64,000 nucleotides of DNA from Candidatus Woesearchaeota archaeon. Lineage in GTDB: Archaea > Nanobdellota > Nanobdellia > Pacearchaeales > GW2011-AR1. Positions 27,006 to 33,435 of the stretch are shown here, piece by piece; positions within the stretch are counted from its first letter, which is position 1; each line of letters begins with the position of its first letter. Location of the stretch: NCBI GenBank assembly GCA_964545065.1, contig CAZJEO010000002.1, positions 68,879 through 132,878 on the forward strand, in the 5' to 3' direction. The position numbers and the translations under genes are program-made. The notes beneath the pieces were generated by a model. That model was given only the letters and a program-made list of their open reading frames with translations. It did not search any database and was not told the DNA's origin.

Positions 27006-27229
27006 ATTTAGTTGAAACTGCAGTTGTAGCTTTGGAAAAGGTTGTTAATGTGTATTGTGATGATAAGTCCCGAAAAGGGATGGATGAAGTTAGAGATTAC
27101 TATGCTACTTATGAGAAAGTTCTTTCAAGTGAAGGAGAGGGTTTGCCAGAAGAAACTATTCTGGAACTTGAAGGGCGAGCTAAAACTGCTTATAAAACAT
27201 TTTGGGAGAATAAAACACCATGCTGGTAG
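27002..27229 (+). CDS. Small lineage-specific ORF (75 aa) intercalated between rps5 and rpl30
   Basis: ATGA overlap with rps5 and a 10-nt overlap with rpl30. No homology recognised. Confidence 0.5.
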   Translation: MNLVETAVVALEKVVNVYCDDKSRKGMDEVRDYYATYEKVLSSEGEGLPEETILELEGRAKTAYKTFWENKTPCW

Positions 27230-27567
27230 TAATTAGAATACGAGGACAAGTTGGATTGGATGAACACATAGTAAATACTTTGTACAGATTAAGACTTAGA
27301 AAAAAATACACTTGTATTGTTTTGGAAAATCCTGGTAAGGAACAACTTGGAATGATAGAGAAGGTAAAGAATTTTGTGGCTTATGGTGAAATAGATGAAG
27401 CTACTTACAAAAAACTTGTTGAAGCACGAGCAGGGAAAATAAAGAATTTCTTTAGATTGCATCCTCCGAGAAAAGGAATTGATAGTAAGAAACATTTTGG
27501 AGTTGCTAAAGGTGTTTTAGGAAATCATGGTAAGGAAATAAATAAATTAGTGGAGAGAATGTTATGA
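27220..27567 (+). CDS. rpl30: 50S ribosomal protein L30 (uL30)
   Basis: MLVVIRIRGQVG start and conserved position. Confidence 0.9.
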   Translation: MLVVIRIRGQVGLDEHIVNTLYRLRLRKKYTCIVLENPGKEQLGMIEKVKNFVAYGEIDEATYKKLVEARAGKIKNFFRLHPPRKGIDSKKHFGVAKGVLGNHGKEINKLVERML

Positions 27568-28118
27568 TAACTAAAAAACGAACAAAAGCATCTCGACAAC
27601 ATGGAAGAAACATGGGAACACACGGAGGCGGAGCTAGGAAAAAGCGAAAAGGTTCAGGGCATAGAGGAGGAAAAGGAATGTCTGGAAGTGGAAAGCGAGC
27701 AGACCAGAAGAAAACTCTTGTGATAAAACTTTATGGTCATGAGTATTTCGGTAAGCAGGGAATCACAAGCAGGGGAACAAAAAGAGATACAAGACAAAGA
27801 ATTAATCTTCAACAAATTGAAAATAATTTAGAGAAATATGGACACCAAGGGCGTACCCCGAAAGATTTTGATAAAAAATCTTTACAAGGGGCAAAGCAAG
27901 GAAAAGATGGTTGGGAAATTGAATTAGGAAAATATAAAATTCTTGGAAATGGCGAAGTTAAGAATAAATTAATTATTACAGCTATGGAAGCTTCTGCATC
28001 TGCGGTTGAGAAAGTGAAGAAAGCTGGCGGGGAGATAATTGTTAATGCTCACCGCTCGGTGTACCCCAAATTGCAGAATAAAGGGGCAAAAAAAGAGGAA
28101 AACATTGAAGAAAAATGA
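27564..28118 (+). CDS. rpl15: 50S ribosomal protein L15 (uL15)
   Basis: G/R/K-rich N-terminus (GGGARKKRKGSGHRGGKG) and conserved position. Holds two repeat copies. Confidence 0.9.
   Translation: MITKKRTKASRQHGRNMGTHGGGARKKRKGSGHRGGKGMSGSGKRADQKKTLVIKLYGHEYFGKQGITSRGTKRDTRQRINLQQIENNLEKYGHQGRTPKDFDKKSLQGAKQGKDGWEIELGKYKILGNGEVKNKLIITAMEASASAVEKVKKAGGEIIVNAHRSVYPKLQNKGAKKEENIEEK
27842..27896 (+). repeat. Palindromic mini-element, medium form, read in a different frame (inside rpl15; HQGRTPKDFDKKSLQGAK)
   Basis: ACACCAAGGGCGTACCCCGAAAGATTTTGATAAAAAATCTTTACAAGGGGCAAAG. Inner stem AAAGATTTT/AAAATCTTT; outer stem CCCC/GGGG. Confidence 0.75.
28050..28090 (+). repeat. Palindromic mini-element, short/diverged form, third reading frame at the 5' arm (rpl15 C-terminal region)
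   Basis: CACCGCTCGGTGTACCCCAAATTGCAGAATAAAGGGGCAAA retains the GGTGTACCCC and GGGGCAAA arms. Confidence 0.55.
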
Positions 28119-29554
28119 GCCTAAGAAAGATATTTAATTTTATTCCAGAAGTTAAGAGTCCAGATGAGAAGAAAGTTAGTTTCAAGGTTAAGGTAAAATG
28201 GACTTTGATAATTCTTGCGAGTTTTTTTGTACTTGCGAATATCCCGCTTTTTGGTCTTTCTAATAATGCACTCGAGAGATTCGAGTACCTTGCGATGATT
28301 ATGGGTACTGATTTCGGGAGTATTATCTCGCTGGGAATTGGGCCAATTGTAATGGCTTCGATTATTCTGCAGTTGCTGACTGGTTCAGGGATTGTGAATA
28401 TTGACCAGTCCACTACAGAAGGTAAGAAATTTTTTCAGGGAATTCAGAAACTTTTGGTTTTCTTTTTTATAATTCTCGAAGCAGTGATTTATGTTGTAAT
28501 GGAAGGTTTACAAGCGATGCCAGGTCTTGCTCCTCTTGTTATTCTGCAGTTAATACTCGGAGGTCTGGCAATTTTTTATATGGATGATGTTGTGACAAAG
28601 TGGGGATTTGGCTCTGGTGTTTCGTTATTTATTGGGGCAGGAGTTTCGTGGAGACTTATTACAAGTGCGTTCCAGTTCATAAATCAACAAGGAAAGAATT
28701 GTTTGTTTGATTTTTCTAATACAGCTTGTTCTGGTAAGGTTTTTGTGGTTGTTCAGTCAATAATTAATAAATATCCTTTAGAACTCGCATCTGCGCTGGG
28801 AGCAATTATTGCAACAGCTGTAATTTTCTTGGTTGTTGTTTGGGCGCAGTCTTTGAAAGTTGAGATTCCTCTTAGCTATGGGCGGGTAAGAGGCTATGGT
28901 GTTAAATGGCCGTTGTCGTTCTTTTATGCTTCTGTAATTCCTGTTATTTTGACTGCTGCATTGATTGCTAGTATGCAGTTGTTTGGCGGTATTTTGGAAA
29001 ATGCTGCTGCTCCGTGTTTGATTGAAGGAGCAGCGTGTACTGGGTTGGCTAAGTTTGCTTCTTATTTTGGATTTTTAGGGCATTTTATAGATGGTCAAGC
29101 TGTTTCTGGTTTGGCATTCTGGGTGGGTTCTACTAATTTATTGGAACTAGCTATTCGTGGAGGATTTATTCCAAAATATTTGCTTCAGGGTCTAGTGCAT
29201 GTTTTATTTTTTGTGGGGTTGTCAACTTTGTTTGCTGTGTTTTGGGTTAAAACATCTGGAATGGATGCTAAAGCGCAAGCACATAAAATTGCTTCATCTG
29301 GTTTACAAATAGCAGGTTTTAGACAGGACGAAAGGGTTTTGGAAAGTATTCTCAAAAGGTACATCATGCCTTTGACTGTGATGGGGGGTATGGCTATTGG
29401 ATTATTGGCTTCTATTACAGATTTGATGGGCGCTTTGGTTTCAGGAACAGCTATATTATTAGTAATTATGATATTTTTCCAATTCTACCAGAACATTGCT
29501 CAACAGCATATGACTGATATGAATCCTGCAATGAGGAAGTTTGTTGGAAGTTAA
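28115..29554 (+). CDS. secY: Preprotein translocase subunit SecY
   Basis: 10-TM protein at the canonical position after rpl15. SecY-like sequence. Confidence 0.95.
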   Translation: MSLRKIFNFIPEVKSPDEKKVSFKVKVKWTLIILASFFVLANIPLFGLSNNALERFEYLAMIMGTDFGSIISLGIGPIVMASIILQLLTGSGIVNIDQSTTEGKKFFQGIQKLLVFFFIILEAVIYVVMEGLQAMPGLAPLVILQLILGGLAIFYMDDVVTKWGFGSGVSLFIGAGVSWRLITSAFQFINQQGKNCLFDFSNTACSGKVFVVVQSIINKYPLELASALGAIIATAVIFLVVVWAQSLKVEIPLSYGRVRGYGVKWPLSFFYASVIPVILTAALIASMQLFGGILENAAAPCLIEGAACTGLAKFASYFGFLGHFIDGQAVSGLAFWVGSTNLLELAIRGGFIPKYLLQGLVHVLFFVGLSTLFAVFWVKTSGMDAKAQAHKIASSGLQIAGFRQDERVLESILKRYIMPLTVMGGMAIGLLASITDLMGALVSGTAILLVIMIFFQFYQNIAQQHMTDMNPAMRKFVGS

Positions 29555-29584
29555 TTTTAAAAACCAAGTTTTGTTGATTTTAAA

Positions 29585-30376
29585 ATGGAAGAAAGAAACG
29601 AGAAGAATGGAGAAGGGAATAATACTGAATCTGAAGGTTCAGATAATAGGGAAACTGATAATCTAGATTCTCAGAGTGATGAGAGCAAGGTAGAAATAAC
29701 TGATAACCCCGCGTCCCAAGATGAAAATTCTGAGCCGGCAGGCGAAGCTAATTCTGATGATAAACCAGAAGAAGTGAAAGAAGAACCAGTGAGTGAGCCA
29801 GAAGTGAAAGAAGAGGCTCCTGCAGTTCCAAAAAGTAAAAAAGGTAAGGAAGGAAGTTGGATGCCTATGATTATTGTTATGGGTTTGTCGCTTGTTATTG
29901 CATTTTCTTGGGATAAAGTTTCTTTTATTAGTGATACTGTTCATAAAGTTCTTGACCCGAGTGCAGGATGGTTATTGGATTGGAATACTACTGCGGGTAT
30001 GTTAATTATTGTTCTTGCTATTGGATTATTGACTACTCTTATTCAGAAATATGCAACAGATCAAGATGCTCTTAGGGAGTTGAAGAAAGAACAAAAGATT
30101 TTGCAGGCAGAAATGAAAAAGTACAAAGATGATCCTGGAAGAGTCGCTGAATTATCAAAAAAGCAGATGCAGTTTATTCCAAAGACAATGAAACTCACAA
30201 GCAGAGCGATTATGTTTACAGGTGTGCCGTTTATTTTATTCTTTAGATGGTTTAGTGACTATTTCCTTAAGATTCCAGATTTCAAGTTTTTTGGGTTCTT
30301 GAGTTGGTTTTGGTTTTACTTGATTTTCACAATGGTCTTTAGTGGCTTTTTGAGGAAGTGGATGAAGGTTGTTTAA
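29585..30376 (+). CDS. DUF106 / EMC3-TMCO1-like (Oxa1 superfamily) membrane protein with an acidic N-terminal extension
   Basis: TM-coiled coil-TM-TM layout (LRELKKEQKILQAEMKKYKDDP) and the conserved archaeal position near secY. Confidence 0.6.
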   Translation: MEERNEKNGEGNNTESEGSDNRETDNLDSQSDESKVEITDNPASQDENSEPAGEANSDDKPEEVKEEPVSEPEVKEEAPAVPKSKKGKEGSWMPMIIVMGLSLVIAFSWDKVSFISDTVHKVLDPSAGWLLDWNTTAGMLIIVLAIGLLTTLIQKYATDQDALRELKKEQKILQAEMKKYKDDPGRVAELSKKQMQFIPKTMKLTSRAIMFTGVPFILFFRWFSDYFLKIPDFKFFGFLSWFWFYLIFTMVFSGFLRKWMKVV

Positions 30377-30398
30377 TTAATAATTTTTATAAATTAAT

Positions 30399-30650
30399 TT
30401 AGAAACCTAAAAATTTTTTACATCTCTCATAAGATGCTATGGCTTTTGAATTTCCTTGTTGAATTAAATCTAAATAATTATGAATGCTCTTAACACCAAC
30501 CTCTTCAAGAGGATCATATCCCCCAAAAGTGCTATAACGAGTTATTGCAGTTCCTCTCAAGAAATTCGCTACATGTTCTATTGCAGGATGTTGCCTTTGA
30601 AAATCTTCATCTAAAAGAAGGGGACAATCGTATGTTAAACTATTAGCCAT
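30399..30650 (-). CDS. Hypothetical protein (83 aa)
   Basis: Intact ORF, no motif recognised. Confidence 0.35.
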   Translation of the reverse strand: MANSLTYDCPLLLDEDFQRQHPAIEHVANFLRGTAITRYSTFGGYDPLEEVGVKSIHNYLDLIQQGNSKAIASYERCKKFLGF

Positions 30651-30727
30651 ATAAAAAATTAGTAACCGAATATATAAGGATTTATGTAATCCAAAACTCT
30701 TAAAAACCCTTTATTTCTTTACCAAAC

Positions 30728-31228
30728 ATGGAAAACGAACAACAAGAAATGATGTTTAAGATGCAAATGTTTGATCAACAGATTAAGCAGTTGCAACAAC
30801 AATTACAAGCAATTGATCAAGGGATTTCAGAAATGACTGCTTTGAACGAAGGACTTAGTGAACTAGTTGGGAAAGAAGGGAAAGAAATTTACGCTCCAAT
30901 TGGTAGGGGCATATTTGCAAAAGCTAAACTTATTTCAGAAGATTTGAATGTTGATGTTGGTGGAGGAAACATGGTTAAGAAAACTATTCCTGAAACTAAA
31001 AAGATAATTGAAGACCAACTTAAGAAACTTGATGAAGTTAAGAAAGAGCTTGAAACTGGTATGGAAAAAATGGGCGAAGAATTTAAGGTCCTGATTGAAG
31101 ATGCTCAGGCTAAAGAAGCTGGGAATATTGGAAAGAAAGAGGAAGGGAAAGAAAAGAAACCAACAAAGACATCAAACATTTCCCAAGAAATGTCTACTAA
31201 AGGCAAGAAAATTGATGAGTTGGTTTAA
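30728..31228 (+). CDS. pfdA: Prefoldin alpha subunit
   Basis: Coiled coil, beta-hairpin region (IYAPIGRGIFAKAKL..VDVGGGNMV), coiled coil. The tail carries a partial repeat. Confidence 0.7.
   Translation: MENEQQEMMFKMQMFDQQIKQLQQQLQAIDQGISEMTALNEGLSELVGKEGKEIYAPIGRGIFAKAKLISEDLNVDVGGGNMVKKTIPETKKIIEDQLKKLDEVKKELETGMEKMGEEFKVLIEDAQAKEAGNIGKKEEGKEKKPTKTSNISQEMSTKGKKIDELV
31174..31207 (+). repeat. Palindromic mini-element, 3' half only (prefoldin tail; NISQEMSTKGK)
   Basis: AAACATTTCCCAAGAAATGTCTACTAAAGGCAAG. Stem ACATTTC/GAAATGT followed by CTACTA-AGGCAAG, as in the long copies. Confidence 0.6.
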
Positions 31229-31275
31229 AAAAAGAAAAATAAATATTTAAGTTTTTTGGGAATTGATATTCTCAA

Positions 31276-31485
31276 TTATTTCTTAATATATCCTCTATAC
31301 AAAGGTCTTGCAACAATTATTGCAAATGCTACAAAAAAATACCAAGGATTAACTGTATGAACCCAAGTCATTGCAGCAGGCCAAATCGTTATCACAAACA
31401 ATGTAAGTGCTGCAAAAGCAAACTTGATTAAACCAATATCCCAAATATCTAATTTTTTAAGTGCTCTTTTCCAAATTTTTATCAT
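31276..31485 (-). CDS. Small membrane protein (69 aa)
   Basis: Two hydrophobic helices. Intact ORF. Confidence 0.35.
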   Translation of the reverse strand: MIKIWKRALKKLDIWDIGLIKFAFAALTLFVITIWPAAMTWVHTVNPWYFFVAFAIIVARPLYRGYIKK

Positions 31486-31491
31486 CTATTT

Positions 31492-32268
31492 TCACCTCCT
31501 TTCATTTTCTGTTATCACTTTTGTGATATATTTTTTCTTAACAAATTCAAATGCAGGATTTTTGATCTTAATCCCCTTCGGAGCCTTGCCCCAAACTTCG
31601 TTCAACTTTCTATTTTCAAGTGGAATCTTTTTGGTGGTGAACTTCCAAGAATCTGCAATTACATAAACAGGTATCTTTTCTTGGCGAGCAATTCGGGCAA
31701 TGACTTCACTGCCAACTTTGTTGATAACGCCTTTTTTGAGAAGTGCGTCTGCGCCGAGAAAAACTTTTGTTGCTCTTTTTGTTCCCTGCTCTTTACTCAA
31801 TGCAATACCTAACGCAGAATCCACAAACATTGTAACTTTTATTCCTGCTTTTTTTAATTCTCTCGCTGTTTTCCTTCCTTGAAACATTGGACGAGTTTCT
31901 GTATTATAAATTTCGAACTTTTTTCCATTTTTCTTAGCATAAATTAAAGCATTAACAACATTTGTCGAATGACAATGAGTAAAAATCACATCTTTATTTT
32001 TGATTAGTTTTAAAACTTTTTTATTTATTTTATCTTGGGCTTCGTCAAAGTGTGCACGAATTTCTGTAAGGGATTTTTTGTCTGCCATGTCTAAAACATT
32101 TTCCATCATTGGCTCTGTGGGTCTAAGAGAAAGTAATTTCTTTTTTGTGGATTCAGAAGGAAAAAGCGAATAAGCTTCGAGTGCAGATTTTGCGATGTTT
32201 CTTGCTCCTTGAATTTTAAGATCTTTGATATCCTTCGCTATCTTATTGAACTTACCTCTTTTATTCAT
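31492..32268 (-). CDS. eIF-2B alpha/beta/delta-like family protein (candidate ribose-1,5-bisphosphate isomerase)
   Basis: IQGARNIAKSA near the N-terminus and a Rossmann-like C-terminal half with LGADALL, typical of the e2b2 family. Shorter than usual. Confidence 0.55.
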   Translation of the reverse strand: MNKRGKFNKIAKDIKDLKIQGARNIAKSALEAYSLFPSESTKKKLLSLRPTEPMMENVLDMADKKSLTEIRAHFDEAQDKINKKVLKLIKNKDVIFTHCHSTNVVNALIYAKKNGKKFEIYNTETRPMFQGRKTARELKKAGIKVTMFVDSALGIALSKEQGTKRATKVFLGADALLKKGVINKVGSEVIARIARQEKIPVYVIADSWKFTTKKIPLENRKLNEVWGKAPKGIKIKNPAFEFVKKKYITKVITENERR

Positions 32269-32531
32269 AATTGAGGTAAGAGGTTAAGATTTAAAAAATT
32301 ACCTGCTCCCAATCTCACTCGTATCAAGGACGATTTGGAAGACTCGTGAAATTGCTCGTGCTCACTACGTTCGCAGATTGATATAATTGATAATATGAAA
32401 ACGCGATAAATCAGAAACCTCTTGATAGAATTCCTAAGCGGAGCGCCTTGAACTTGTTTTGGTGCGGAGCGGTTTAACATCACCTTGCATTATGCAAATA
32501 ACTTTAAAAACAAATTTTCCCTCTACAAAAT

Positions 32532-33386
32532 ATGCTAGAGTCTTTGATTAATCCAAAAAGAGTTGAAAAAGGTCCATGGAAAATGTTTTTCATCGGGATG
32601 CTTTATGCGTCGCTTTCATTGTTACTTGTTCATTGGTTTTTTTCAGGAGATGCTGTTTTATCTAAATTTTCTGGAATGATTGTTGTGACTTTTTGTGTTA
32701 TGTTCTCTCTTCCTTTTATGTATTTTATAATTAAAACAGAAGAAAAACAAGATGAGACAACAGAAGGATTTCGAGGCGTTTGGAGAACCCATAAAGATGC
32801 TATCTATGCGTTTATGTGGCTCTTCATTGGATTTATTGTTGCTTTTTCATTTTGGTATATTCTCTTGGGAAATTCATTTTTGTTCAATGCTCAAATAGAG
32901 ACCTATTGTAGTATAAATAGTCCTGGAAGTGTTGAAGATTGTGTCTCTAGATATGATATAGGAAATGCAGCGACTGGCTCTGCTACAAGAGGGAAAAGAG
33001 TTCTATCAATTTTAACAAATAATATTTATGTTATGATTTTCACGCTTATTTTTTCATTAATCTTTGGTGCAGGGGCTATTTTTATCTTAGCTTGGAATGC
33101 AAGTGTAATCGCGGCAGCAATTGGTATTTTTACAAGATATAAATTAATTGACATCCCGCTGGGAATCGCGCGATACATGATTCACGGCTTCCCTGAAATA
33201 GCTGCTTATTTCATAACTGCGCTCGCTGGCGGGATATTCGGAGTGGGAATTTTAAGAAATGGGATTAGGGACAAGAAGTTTCTTCATGTTCTGGAGAATG
33301 TAATCTTGCTTCTTTTCATGGCAATAATTATCTTAATCATTGCTGCAGTAATAGAAGTATACTTTACTCCGCTTCTTTTCGGATAA
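32532..33386 (+). CDS. Integral membrane protein, DUF95/SpoIIM-like, tentative
   Basis: Multi-TM protein with TNNIYVMIFTLIFSLIFGAG and HGFPEIAAYF segments reminiscent of DUF95. Confidence 0.4.
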   Translation: MLESLINPKRVEKGPWKMFFIGMLYASLSLLLVHWFFSGDAVLSKFSGMIVVTFCVMFSLPFMYFIIKTEEKQDETTEGFRGVWRTHKDAIYAFMWLFIGFIVAFSFWYILLGNSFLFNAQIETYCSINSPGSVEDCVSRYDIGNAATGSATRGKRVLSILTNNIYVMIFTLIFSLIFGAGAIFILAWNASVIAAAIGIFTRYKLIDIPLGIARYMIHGFPEIAAYFITALAGGIFGVGILRNGIRDKKFLHVLENVILLLFMAIIILIIAAVIEVYFTPLLFG

Positions 33387-33435
33387 TAAATAAATATTTA
33401 AATAGGATTTATCTCTGGTTTTTACGAGGCTTTTA

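Noticed and set aside
519-29944. Many antisense or alternate-frame track ORFs inside well-supported genes. Examples: 519-956(-), 1155-1463(-), 3243-3798(-), 4605-4989, 10039-10422, 12598-13135(-), 14286-14740(-), 17211-17757(-), 18513-19005(-), 19274-19681(-), 24663-25220(-), 26219-26788(-), 27042-27236, 28042-28413(-), 29663-29944(-)
   Set aside because: They are shadow ORFs of strongly supported genes in an AT-rich genome, with biased or repetitive peptides and no independent support. The same applies to similar ORFs in the 33-63 kb region, for example 34284-34646(-), 40140-40502(-), 42233-42625(-), 58907-59176 and 62000-62227.
32265-32483. 72-aa ORF on the minus strand
   Set aside because: It lies in a GC-elevated spacer with a compositionally odd peptide and no start context. 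It is more likely non-coding (see the finding on 32269-32531). A box C/D sRNA reading (GTGATGT ... CTGA on the minus strand) lacks internal C'/D' boxes.
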